A DNA stretch of 64,000 bases from Eledone cirrhosa (Eukaryota): positions 14,818,001 through 14,882,000 of the forward strand of contig OZ024747.1 in NCBI GenBank assembly GCA_964016885.1, read 5' to 3'. Under the pieces are notes generated by a model. That model was given only the letters and a program-made list of their open reading frames with translations, made no database searches and was not told where the DNA came from. The translations under genes and the position numbers were made by a program. Numbering within the stretch: the first letter of the stretch is position 1; each line of letters opens with the position of its first letter. Positions 38,690 to 51,539 of this stretch are shown here, piece after piece.

Positions 38690-39640
38690 AATTGGTCCCT
38701 ACTATCTAACTTGAAGGGTACTTTGAGCGATTGAAGACCTTCCATATTCTAAGCGCTCCCTCTCCGTCTGCTTAACCAAGGATCGTAACTTTATCGAGGA
38801 GAGAGCTGGGAACGATGCATCTAGCAAACAGCAAGTAGACCCGTTCCCCATCAGCATAATCCGCCACCACATGCTCCATTTCAACGCAGAGAATGTTGAG
38901 AGCAAATGTACTACATGGTTAGTAGAACGCATTCATTTCCCAAAAAGCGACATAACAGATGCTCCAGCACAGTCAAATATAAATGTCGATGGCCATGCAG
39001 TTAGTAGCATGTATGTGTTCGTCACTCCTGTCCGACATTTCAAGGATATGTTTCTCTTGTACTATTTATGGGTGATAGCAGTCATACTGCTAGTTTTTTT
39101 AAATTCTTATTGGTCAACCTGGAAATCTGGAGCAAACCAAATCTCCTGTAATTTAACTGGTCCAACATTCCCGTGCCCACCTACGCTGATCCGCATCATA
39201 GACCTACTTCATCAGTTAACTGGCCGCAAGTCCATCGACATTTCCTGGATAATTTTCGCTCCTAACCTGTCTCGTACAATAAATCTGTGCCCCGCTTGCC
39301 CGGAACAGTTGGCCAATGTGCCGCTGGACAATGCACAAATCTGCTTGGAATCAAGCATCACCTGCCCATTTCGGTCCGTCAAATATGAAATTGTGGCTTT
39401 ATTGACACAATGTCCATCGAACAGCTTTCGTTCCTTTGTATATTACAACACTGTGTTTTGCATTGAAGAAATTGTGTAGTACCATTCTTGTATATAGCAC
39501 GTCGATTGCGATGCCACTCCTAATCACCTATTCTAATTTAACTACCAATTCCCCCTCTGCTCTATATTTTTTATTGTTACATCTTTTTAAAGATATTGAT
39601 TCTAATCTAATCGCTCTCTTAAGAACGCACCACCAACTGT
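38690..39640 (-). pseudogene. Old, internally deleted Tx1-like LINE relic
   Basis: Minus-strand remnants WWCVLKRAIRLESI, GPVKL..IWFAPDFQV and SFPALSSIKLRSLVKQ align to the intact ORF2 (WWVSLKREIRVVSI, GPVKLLGVWFGPDLQV, TFPRLVSLTELQSWVKQ). Confidence 0.75.
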
Positions 39641-40477
39641 TGTTGATGATTATTGTTGTTTTTTTATTGTGCCCATTGTATATTGTTGTACATGTGATGA
39701 TGAAGGTGGTGTTACATTTTTTAATTGGTGGAAATTTATATTTAAGAATCTCTCTTGCGTAGTAAAATGCGTTGACCACCGTTAAAACAAATACGAGGGG
39801 CGTGTTTGGAAACGAAACACATTTTTACACACAAACGGCTACAAGTAGAGAAAACCTAACCCACAAAAATACTGATTAATTTAATTACGAAAAATATCAA
39901 ATTTTCCTCATAAAAATAAATAGAAAAATAATGGATATGAAGAGGTTAAAATGTATTGCTTATTTAAAGGAAATAATGATAAAAATGTCTGGCGTAGGAA
40001 TTAAATATGATAAAACTAGAGAGTCAGACGGAGAAAGAGATAGTGGGTAGAGAGAGTCGAAAAAATAGTGAGAAAGAAAGAAAGAGATATTGGAGGATAT
40101 ATATTATGAGAGCGTGTAATAGAGAGACTGTGCGTGTCTCGTTAGTATAAAACAGAGCCAGCCTCATTAATTGATTTTCATTCGCTCAAAGGAATACTGA
40201 ATATTGGGAGAACTGTAAGTGGTCGAATGTCAAGAAAACTTCAATAATTCGGCCAGGGTTAAAGTAGAGTCGTATCTTGTAATAAATTCTCACTTGTGTA
40301 GGGTTCATATTGTAATTCTTTTTCTCATCTGCATCTGTGACATTATAACATTCTCTGGTAAATGAAATAACACTCAATAAAGCCATAAAGACATGTCATT
40401 TAATATTGTATTGTATGGTGTGTCGTTAAATATAAACTAATGTCAATTGAATCACTGATGATCAGTAGGTTAAATAA

Positions 40478-40622
40478 ATGTTTCTACTTTTGGCACAAGG
40501 CCAGCAATTATCTCACAGCATTACTGGTACTTTATTTTATCGACCCCGTAATGATGAAAGGCAAAGTCAACCTCAGCGGGATTTGAACTCAGATCGTAAA
40601 GGGACGTAACTATGCTGGAAAG
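40478..40622 (-). mobile_element. 5'-truncated family S SINE
   Basis: Matches the consensus body in reverse. Confidence 0.8.
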
Positions 40623-40859
40623 GTCCCATTATAATATGCAATAACCGTTGAGGAGGTTTCACTCTTTAGTTATTTACATCCCAAAATTGGCATGTATGGG
40701 TATATATTATTAATGATTATTCTGACCTTTCTGTATATATCATTATGAGTAATATTAAACACACACACACACCCACACACACCCACACATACACACAAAC
40801 GTATATGTATGAAGAATTACAACTGATACACATTAAAACAATTTCAACTATAACCAAAT

Positions 40860-41340
40860 TGGTTTCTTTGCTAAGGGCTCAACTCTTTACTCATGATAAA
40901 GTTGAACTGGCAGCTTGTCTTTTATTTGACGATCAATCTTTTGTGGAGTTGGACACAAAATGGATTGTTTATTTCTATCCATCTCAGACTAAGTTATTAT
41001 CTTTTAATCGCCAAAGAAAACATATTTTGCCACCCATTAGTACGGCTTATCATATCTTCCTAGAGAGCCACACTACGCAATATTGGTCTGATATTTTCCA
41101 CATATTTGAGTTGGAAGATATTACGCTCGGTTCACGTTAGGTTTAGAGAATCTTTCAAATCTCAAATATTTTATATTTTTCATAAATCTACCTTTTGTCC
41201 ACGTAATGTGTACTATTTTCACATTTGGTCTGGAGCTCTTAGTGCACCCCTTCAGAGTATAGATATGATCCAAAGGAGAAAACTTCACTGCTTTTTCTTC
41301 AGTAATCTGTGTTTACGTTTCTACTACAAAATGAACAATT
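40860..41340 (+). pseudogene. Decayed LINE RT fragment (Jockey/CR1-like)
   Basis: Peptides KWIVYFYPSQTKLLSFN and HKSTFCPRNVYYFHIWSGA resemble the LINE motifs WLV.FN..KT and YK..IRP.MEYC.HIW.GA. Confidence 0.6.
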
Positions 41341-41362
41341 TTTAAATACATATGAAGAGAGA

Positions 41363-41429
<67 letters not shown>

Positions 41430-41879
41430 TGACAAGCATTTAGCCAAGCTGATGTTTTCTTTCTAGACGGTCAAGCATATATTGCCAGACCATTTCTCCC
41501 CTGCATTAGATTATTATATTGGTAACATGATAATTAAATAGTGATTCAGATCGTTAAGTCTACAAGGTTAGAAAGAAATCAAAATATTAATCTAATAAAC
41601 AACATATGGTTACTTCAAACTTTCTACTCAACCTCAGATTCGTTTTATTATGATATAAATGAAAAATATGTACCAATTCACAATTACCAAATTTACCCCA
41701 TGAATATCATTAGGAAATCACCAGGAAAGCGCTGATGATTTCCTCCGAATGAAACATTCTAGTCCTGTAGAAGCCATTTCTATATTAAATAAATATATAT
41801 ATATAAAGGATCGATCGACTTTCGTCAAATCGGACCGAGGAAACAATGTTTTCGTCGGTCTTTCCAGTTCCTAGTACTA

Positions 41880-42024
41880 TCTACCGGTCGCAACTCCAGG
41901 TAGAAGGAGCAACGTGAAATAAAGTGTCTTGCTCAAGGGCATAACGCATCGCCCGGTCCAGGAATCGAACTCACAACCTCAAGATTGTGAATCCAATTCT
42001 CTAACCACTCAGCCACACGCCTTC

Positions 42025-42025
<1 letters not shown>
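41880..42025 (-). mobile_element. tRNA-headed CORE-like SINE (second family)
   Basis: Minus strand: GTGGCTGAGTGGTTAG (A box)..GAGTTCGATTCCTGG (B box)..GCCCTTGAGCAAGACACTT. Confidence 0.75.
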
Positions 42026-42057
<32 letters not shown>

Positions 42058-43974
42058 GGGTGGGGGGGTGTATGCATATATGGTTATATTTACTCCAGTT
42101 TGAGTGTATCTGTATTGGGTGTATCCGTATTGAAAGAAATTGAAATAGATATTTTTGAAAATTGCTCTATTGGGAATCGAAACTATATTGCTATGCTGAT
42201 ATTACATGACTCGTCTCGACATGAATTTACTCATTTCAACTCACCATGAGATAATCATCACTTTACAATACATTACACCTCTGATTTAAGCAAATGACAA
42301 AAATATCGAATGTAGAAATCAAAAAGAAACAGAAAAATCAAATCTGAAAGGAAAAATCATTTGAAATCTTCTCTTCAATTGCATCTGTTTAGAGAAGCAC
42401 AACTAATAAGCGTTAGAGCAGATCGCTGCAGCAATCTCATACCATGTACCACTTTAATGTGATTTTCAAAATACTTTTATTACATGATATAATACATAAA
42501 CACTACGGTGAATGAGGAAGAACGCGTCAAAGAATTGTCTTTGAAACTGACTGCATCAGGGAACACAAAACGTTTGTTCATTTAATGACAGCTCTTGTGA
42601 AAGAATAGCAAAAAATCTTCCATATTTTACAGCCTCTAAATATTTTTCTTTTTCGTTTCGCCTCCCACCTCTTTATTCTTAACTAAAGATTAGCTATGGG
42701 GTTTGTTTTGTGTATTTGTTTATGCATTTGTTTGTCCATTTTATGTTTCTTTCCCTTTATTATGATTTATTTATTTATTTTGCTTTTCCCTTTATTTTCT
42801 TTTAATTAAAGATGCAGTGAATTTATTTTCCGCGTTTTCTTTGAAATTCCAGCGCCAACAACCATGTGTTTATGTTAAAGAATTGCCTGAAAAACAAAGC
42901 AGAAGCGGGGACAAAGGATATCGGTGGCTGTAAGAGAAACAGTAACGGCAACATTAACAGTAAGGCTGTCATTGACACTATCATTAATAAATAGTCGGGT
43001 GGAAAGTATGAGAGGGGGAAGCAAACGGAAAGTGGGAGAGGTAGATGGAAGGAAGTTACTATTGGTGCAATAATAGATCGGTACTGCAGAACACTTCAAC
43101 TGTCGGGAGAATGTAGTGGTCTACTGATTTTTCAGTGGTTTAAAGTGTCGTTTTATCGCTTCATATCTCTAGAAAATACAACTCATTTGATAGTCCTTTT
43201 CTTCGAACTAAAGGTAGTAAACTGATGATTATTTATTTTGTTTGATAGATTTTTAGCATGATAAAAAAAAAGGAAATAAGAAGAAGGACAAAGAAAATAG
43301 CAATAAAAAATAGTGAAAGGGGGAAATATATTGCTGAATAAAGAAAGAAAGGGCAAAAAATAGAAATAAAAGAAGGGGCGGAATAAAAGAAGACGAGAAA
43401 GATTCGTCGAAGAACATTGCCACAACCACCATTTTCAAAGTTAATGCTCAGCTAATCCTAGTTTTATAACCTAATATTTGCATCAGAACACCAGCCTTAG
43501 ACATGAAAATCAATGAATGAATAATTCTAAAAAGAACACTTCAAAGTTTGTTTCCGTATCGGAATGTGATAGGAATCACAAGGCGGCGTCCATTAACACG
43601 ACGAGACTTCCCCGGGTTTGTATTTTTGTTTTTCGTTGTTTGTTTGTTTTTCGTTGTTTGTTTGTATTTTGGTGTTGTTGTTTTGGTTTTAAACTGCAAA
43701 CTGCTAAGCATGTTGTAAGACTGCTCGAATACTCCCATTTCTTTCGTTTGCTTTCTATTCAATCATGCGACTGCTTACACTACATGAAGGGACGGGAAAG
43801 ATAACATTTACACATTGTGCTGTTGACCTTAGTAAAGTATCATAAACTACTGTTTGTTTCATTCTTTTATGGTTTTACAGGAATTTAGTTGAGCATATCG
43901 ACCCCTGTATTTTTTCACGTCTAGTTCATAATATATCGATTCCTATCTGTCGAACCGCTACGGTGCACGATACA

Positions 43975-44300
43975 TGTGTGTGTGTGTGTGTGTGTTTGTA
44001 TGTGTTTGTCTGTGTGTCTGCGTGTATGTATGTGTGTGTGGTTGTCTGTCTGTGTATGTCTGTGTGTCTGTGTGTCTGTGTGTCTGCGTGTCTGTGTGTG
44101 TATGTGTGTGTATCTAGCCGTGTCTGCCAACGCAGACACGGCTAGCTACACACACATACACACACAGACACGCAGACTCACAGACACACAGACACACAGA
44201 CATACACAGACAGGCAAACACATACAAACACACACACACACACACATACAGACACGCAGACACACAGACAAACACATACAAACACACACACACACATACA
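43975..44300. repeat. Inverted repeat of (TG)/(TGTC)-rich sequence with hairpin centre CTAGCCGTGTCTGC caac GCAGACACGGCTAG
   Basis: Direct inspection of the mirrored arms. Confidence 0.8.
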
Positions 44301-44709
44301 CACACACACACACATTTATATATATATATATGTACTTGTACTATTTTTAAGTATCAGTATGAATTAAGAAGTTATGTTAGCTTAAATTGACCACTTCTGC
44401 TTTATGACTATGAAAAATAGTCGAAAAATTTGGACATAGAAGCCCCTTAGAGACGGGGAAAGTGGAGAGCCTTGGAACTCAAACTCACACCTGATAATTC
44501 TTCACATTATATTATGTCTTAACTATCGATCATGGATGTAAATAAATCGTACTTTTAAGGAACATTGAGCTAATCGTGACATTCGAATGTATGCTATCTT
44601 AAAGTTAACGTGTTCAACGAAGGATTTGATTATGTAAAATATGGCATGTAAATACCTCAAATGATAGAACGGGCTGGTCATCGTTAGAATATCTGTCATT
44701 ATAAATCAA

Positions 44710-44831
44710 CGGTGGTTTGGCAGTGTCGGTAGAGGTTAACTTTACCTTTCATCCTTACGGGGTCGATAAAATAAAGTACCAGTAATGCACTGGGATATTG
44801 CTGGCCTTGTGCCAAAAAGTAGAAACAATTA
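44710..44831 (+). mobile_element. Internally deleted family S SINE
   Basis: Head joined to the GAGGTTAACTTT body; B box deleted. Confidence 0.75.
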
Positions 44832-45133
44832 CAGATTTGTTCAGCATAAGTGTTTTCAGATCAATGGAAGAGCCTCTTTATTTTTATTTGGTGTGCTTGA
44901 AATATCCACCAAAGGATACCGATGCCACGCCTTACCGTCTTAACAGAGAAGGACACGTTAGATAATGCACTCTGCATCATAAGTTTACTCGATTATGAGC
45001 AATCTAGGAAAAAGCAACCTCAACAACAAAAGCATAGAGGCATTTCTTAACACTTTAGCCTTTAAACCGGCCGTATCCTGACAGAATTCTAGCAACACTT
45101 TCTATTCAAACCGGTAGTAACCAGTTGCTCATA

Positions 45134-45317
45134 ATAATTGTTTCTACTTTAGGCACAAGGCCAGCAATTACCCAGTGCATTACTGGTACTTTATTTTATC
45201 GACCCCCTAAGGATGAAAGGCAAAGTCAACCTCGGCGGGATTTGAACTCAGATCGTAAAGGGACATAACTATGCTGGAAAGCATGGCGTCCGACCCTCTA
45301 CCGATACTGCCAATCCA
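45134..45317 (-). mobile_element. Family S SINE
   Basis: Matches the consensus in reverse. Confidence 0.88.
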
Positions 45318-45639
45318 ATGGTATTGTTCTTAATGTAAATAATATCAAAATCCCATAGTTACGATATTAAGCGAGATAAGTATGTGTGATTAAGCCTTTA
45401 ACATGAAAATGCAATAGTAAATATAGAGTAATTTAAATGCTAAAGGGTAATCTGATGGCTGCTGTTGTTATTTCACACTAAGTCAGCCTTATCAAGCTGA
45501 CGTATGAATAATGCCATGAGTATCTCACGTTTTTGTTAGAAATGAAGGCTCTTCTGTTGGTTTCGATGGTGAGCAATCGTTTGTTCAAGACCTGAGTATT
45601 CTACTGGTACACGTATCCTTAACGTAATCCACAAGCCTA

Positions 45640-45990
45640 ATAAGTGGAACATAACAAGAGATATGGCTACAACTGTGGATTTCAGGAACAAATCATGCGA
45701 CTGGCTTCTACACAGAATCTGTCAACCCAATTTCTCTTACAAGGCTTCGGTCGATACGAGACTATGACGAAGATACTAGCAAAAGATAACGTGAAAATTG
45801 ACCGTGCCTTTATCTTTTTCACTGAAAAGTTATGTATACACGATTATTCTCAGATTGTAGAATTATTTCTGGCTGCCCTGTTTAGCATATTTGGCATGTT
45901 CTTACGTATGGAGAAAAATGTTTTCAAATTTTTGCACTTAAAATTAAGAGCAAGGTCATAGAATTTAATGCTGTGACTTGACATTGAAAA
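45640..45990 (+). pseudogene. Possible hAT transposase C-terminal dimerisation-domain relic
   Basis: LAALFSIFG then a frameshift to CSYVWRKMFSNF resembles the hATC motif L.S.FGSTY.CE..FS; weak. Confidence 0.35.
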
Positions 45991-46204
45991 CCTTTTATGC
46001 TTTTCCGGTGTATACCGATCGGAAATTGAAATGCATTGTGCATATCTAACTATACGTGGTCTTAGTGCAAAGTGTTTTTAGTTAGTAACATTACATGTAC
46101 CCATAGGAAAGAGACAACTAAGCATTTCCACTTTACCAATAATAATTTCAATTTTCAAGAGAGAGAGAGAATGTTAGATTGGGAAGTAGAAAGGTAGATA
46201 GATA

Positions 46205-46245
<41 letters not shown>

Positions 46246-46320
46246 GAGAGATAGGTAGGTAGGTAGATATATATATAGATAGATAGATAGATAGGTAGAT
46301 AGATAGATAAATAGATATAT

Positions 46321-46539
46321 TTCTTTATTTGCCACAAGGGCGTACAAAAATGGGACATTACAAGACGTGACTGCAGGAGTTTTACATAAAAATCTTTAAC
46401 AATAGTAATGGATAACAGTAAAGTATATACAAAATAAAACAATCGAAATCCCCAATAGGGGGGAACGTTAGTGCGGGGTTGTTTTGCACCCCGTGGATAG
46501 AACAACCATCAAAACCAGGAGCACGTATTGTAGGTGTTC
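46321..46539 (-). mobile_element. 3' UTR-only fragment of a Tx1-like LINE in (GATA)n
   Basis: Minus strand CCTATTGGGGATTTC..CCCTTGTGGCAAATAAAGAAA parallels the 3' end of the intact element (CCCTAGTGGCAAATAAAAGAAA). Confidence 0.8.
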
Positions 46540-46609
46540 ATAGATAGATAAATAGATAGAATGATAGATAGATAGAGAGCTAGATAGATATCTTTCTTTA
46601 GATAGATAA

Positions 46610-48086
46610 ATTTCTTTATTAGCCACAAGGGCACAAAAGAAGGGGACAAATACAAATGGGCAGTTTACATACAGGTATATGAAAATAAAACTATTAATAA
46701 AACAACAAATAACAATTGAAATCCCCAATAGGTGGGAGGCGTTACACAGGGGTTGTACACACACCGAGAAAATGTACAACCCTCATCCCCAGGAGCACCA
46801 AGAGTGAGTACTCCCTTCCTCTCTTCCGCTTTTTCCTCAACCTACAGGCTTATTTAGAGAGAAGGCCCAACCGCTCGGGCCATCTTTGCCACATTCACCC
46901 ACCTTTCATAAAATTTGCAGGGGTACAGCACCTCTCTCTCCATCCTGATTCTTCTTCCAAAATGATATTTGAAAAAACGAATCAGTTGTTCGCCGGAGAG
47001 AAAGGTGTCTGACCTCAGCCGTCTTAACCTCGTCCACCATATAACCTCTTTCACCATAGTGATAACACATAGGAAAACCGCCTCTCCATCGTTTTTGAAG
47101 GAGGGTGGCGGTTTGATCATGACAATGGACTCGGTGGTCACACTGGATCGATCCCACCCGCGACAATAGTCGTTCTACATAGCCCCACAGGTCGGTAACG
47201 CCCGGGAAGTGTACAAATGCGTGCGCGACGGTTTCCTCGTCGCGCACGCATCTCGGACAGATCTTTTTCGAAGGGTCCCTGCCCGGGCGCCCGTGTCTGT
47301 AGAACTTGTCTCGAACTGATAGAGCTCCTCGGTAGCACTGCCAGGCCAGGGCTTTTGGAAGTTGTCCATCGGTCCCGGGCGGAAGGTCCTACCGAACAGA
47401 CTGGCCAGTTCGATCTCCTCTACGCCCAGAGTATCTCCGAGCGCGTCGTCGCACTTGCTGCGGATCAACCCTCTATAGAATGACGAAGTGGAGTCTCCAC
47501 TGATCGCCGGGTCCGTTTGCCAGAGGACTGTGATCGCCTGAGCACATTCGATGTGCCAGTCGCCCAATTTTCCTCGGTCTTTGCTTGACCCAGGACTGCA
47601 GCTCGGGCAGCGAAACGAGTCGTGGGAAGGCTCGCCTCACGAACGGGGCCCACACCGGTTGTCCAGTGAGGAATACGTGGAGGTGCCGCAGTCTGAGCGC
47701 GTGTTTCCGCATCGTCAGCCACGGCAACCCCCAACCCTCCGTTTTGGCAGCAGATGGATTTTCTCACCAAAGGAGCCCGTTTCTTCCAAAGGAATTGGAA
47801 GAGCGCGCTCCATTTTGGTGAGCATTTTGGCTGGACAAGGCACGACGGTCAAGCGGTAGTAGATGACGGACGCTATAAAAGTGTTTGCCACCTCTCCTCG
47901 ATTTTTCAAGGATAGTTTGCACTCGGCCCATTTCTGGGTGAGCGCAAACACCTTGACCGTCACCTCGTTCCAATTCTTCTCCACCTGGAGGTCCGGACCA
48001 AACCAGACCCCGAGCAGCTTTACCGGTCCTTCCGTCCAGCGTCCGACGACGCCATCGGAAGGCATCGGTCTGCCTCTCCACGTTGC
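46610..48086 (-). mobile_element. 5'-truncated, frameshifted Tx1-like LINE related to the 833-4270 element
   Basis: Peptides TWRGRPMPSDGVVGRWTEGPVKLLGVWFGPDLQVEKNW, MRKHALRLRHL and FGRRIRMEREVL are near-identical to ORF2; (GATA)n at both junctions. Confidence 0.95.
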
Positions 48087-48106
48087 AAGAGATAGATAGA
48101 TAGAAT

Positions 48107-48152
<46 letters not shown>

Positions 48153-48154
48153 AT

Positions 48155-48232
<78 letters not shown>

Positions 48233-48729
48233 CCGATAGATAGATAGATGCATAGATAGATACATAGATAGATAGACAGATGCATGTGTGTATGGAGAAA
48301 GGTGTTATATCTTCTTGGCTAAAGCTTTCGTAATTGTTTAACTTCAATTAAATCCGACTGAGTAGACGTATAATCAACTCTATAACATTGTGATTATCTA
48401 AACATATAATGGTTAATGCGTCTATTTTCTAATTAATACAGAAAGTATTTTTTTAGTGTATACTTAGTTGATATTTCTACCAGCTCAAATGAGAACGTAT
48501 CCTTCTGCTTCAATGTCCAATAACTTGTGGTTATCGTGTGTAGACTAGAATAAGTTGCTTTCAATTAAGAATCTAAAGGCGTTTAAAACAAATATAGTAA
48601 TCAAGTATAATAAAATATTGGTTTCGTAATGCAATGAAACTTTCCGGATCTTGAAATTAAAACCAATGTGCTTTTAATTCGTACCTTTGTTTGTTTTATT
48701 CCAAGTTAAAGTAATAACGGACACATGTT

Positions 48730-49095
48730 ATGACTCCGAGACAGGTGAGGCTAAAATCAAGCCTCATAACACATTTCAAGTTTTCCAAAAAATGTGAGGG
48801 GAAGGAAATCCCCCAAACCATTTTCAAGATTTCCGAATGAGGTGAGAGGAAAGGCTTCGCCCATAATACTTTTCAAGGCTTCCGAGACGGTTATGAGGAT
48901 GAGCAAGGACCATGATGCTTTCCAGGTCTTCTGAGACACTTTTGAGGAGGGACTGCATCTATAACCTTTTTAAAAATTCCCAAAAAGAGTGCGGAGAAGG
49001 ACATCATTTATAATCCTTGTTAATGCTCCCGGGACAGGTGAAGAAAAAAGCAGACCCCCATGGACAATTTAAAGGGCCCCAAGACTGATTAGAAG
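48730..49095. repeat. Degenerate ~48-49-bp minisatellite (~7-8 units)
   Basis: The TTTCAAG..TCC..GTGAG motif recurs, ending at about 48780, 48828, 48877, 48926 and 48975. Confidence 0.65.
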
Positions 49096-49453
49096 AAGTA
49101 AGGGAGTTATTTAAATGCTTGAATCCTGCACAGTTGTCACCACACAACAGCAGAAGCAATAACTTCAATGAAGATTTCTTATATTTTAAGAAGCTAATAC
49201 AGAGGTTGTGAAGTTAATGCATTTCCCAAAGGCATCAGTAAAAGCACAACATATATCGCTATTGTGTGGAATAGAATATTATGGTCGCCTATGAAAACAC
49301 TTTGTTAATAATATAATAGATTCATTTACCGTAAGGTATATATAAAGACGAAAGAAAAGAATGTAATTGGTTCAAAATACATGGTTGACGTGACATGTTG
49401 AGTGAGAGTATAATTGGAATAAAGTGGATTATACCTTCTTTTATTTGTGAAAA

Positions 49454-49499
<46 letters not shown>

Positions 49500-49575
49500 G
49501 TATATATATGGTGGTTTGTGTATGTGCATGTGTTTGTGTTTGTGTATGCATGTGTGCTTATATGTGATTGTGCAG

Positions 49576-49612
<37 letters not shown>

Positions 49613-49678
49613 TATATATGCATACATACATACTAACATACATACACAAACAAACAAACAAACACACACACACACACG

Positions 49679-49715
<37 letters not shown>

Positions 49716-51539
49716 TCAAGCATATATACATACATACAAACAAACATACATGCATACATACATAGAGAAAACCGTCATGCAAATCTTTTGTAGAACTTGT
49801 GTGGAAAACGTTGGTTACATTCAGACCGAAATCACTAACTCCTGCTGCCCTCTGGCAACTAAGAGAAAGTCGACAACATCACTAGTTATATGTATTGAAA
49901 ATAACAAGTCGCTTGGAAAAATATTGAATTCGTGGCACTTATAGAGTGTATTTAAGTCTTAACAGACATCAATTGTGACGAGGTAACAGCTATAGAAATA
50001 ACAACAAAGCATCTCTCAATGCAGCAGACGAAATGGACAGAAAAATAATTGGGAAATAATAGCGCTTGATATGAATAGAAAACTATCGAATAAAATGCAA
50101 CAAAAGCTTTTATTTTATTCTACGCTTTTTATTTGTGTTTTTCTATGACAGAGAATTGATTCTCTCTGAATGAGAAAAAAATATGTGTGTTTGCAAGGAA
50201 TTAGAAGGTTCACCAAAGCTTGGTTTATTCATTTATTCCTTCCTTTATCGTAAACCATTTGTTTATATTTTGTATTCAATTATTTTGTTACTTTGGCACA
50301 CACAAACATACACGCGCGCGCGCGCGCACATACACACACGCACACACAGATACACATACACACACAGGTACACCCACACAGATACTCATACACAAACATA
50401 TACATATATGTATATACGTATGTATGTTTATGTATATAAACATACATACATATATACACATGCATATATATATATATAAACATATATATATATATATACA
50501 TCTATATATACATCTATATATACATATATATATATATGCAATTATGTATGTGTATAACGAAGAGGGAGAGAGAAAGAGAAAGATTCAGTTGGATACTTTT
50601 AGCTAGCCATGCGAAAATTAACACCTTTACCCAAAGCGGAGTGGGGAAGACCAGAAGTTAAGCAACGAATTTAGATACTATTCATGCTGTAGTTTAGCTT
50701 TTACTTTCACATTTCCATTTAGGTCGCTTTCATTCTTCAATTGCATTGAATCTACAATATATTAGTCAACAATAACATATATATTCCTTATAAGAGCATG
50801 ATTGCAATTCTTCCATTATTAAACTCTCTTCAACGTTAAGATAAATCGACAAGAAAGCAATTATTAACAGAAAATAAATCTAGGCTTCTATGTATTCAAT
50901 GGGTCTGTTGCTAAAAAAAAATGATTTCTTCAGAGAATCGAAGTAAAGAAAAAGATAAGGAGAGATATACCAGTATTTTCATAACTGCTGTATATTTTAG
51001 ACAATTGCTATCAACATCTTTAAATTCTCTCCAAACCTTGAAGCATGCCATAGAAGAAAATAAATCTTAGTTTATATTTTCTTTTGATTATGAACAATAT
51101 TCTATATATCTCAGTGTAGTAAATCATGACAAACTGGAGTTTTACCGTCTTTGCCAAGAGAATTAGTGACTTAAATAAACGTAGAAGGTAACTGTCTATG
51201 TAACCTCGCGTTGTCTTTAATGGACGCGGCTTAGCTCAGGTGTAGTAGTATTAACCTGAGCATGAATGAGATGTAATATACTGGATAGCATGTTTATTCA
51301 TCTAAGTAAGATTCCTGCAAAATTGGCCGATTCCATACAAACTCTAACAAAACGCCTTGCCCTAATCTTCCAGTTCTCTGTACGCTGTGTTCATATTCAG
51401 CCACGTTCAGCCTTGCATATCTTCTTTTTGGGAACGATAAAACATTACCATTCCAGGGTGATTATTGGAGTGATTGACAAGTGTGTCGAACGAAATATAA
51501 CTTTCGATATCTAATCCGGCTGCTTATATATATATATAT

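Noticed and set aside
42860-43620. Possible host exon or promoter in unique-looking sequence
   Set aside because: Only short frames with no recognisable domain or convincing splice pair.
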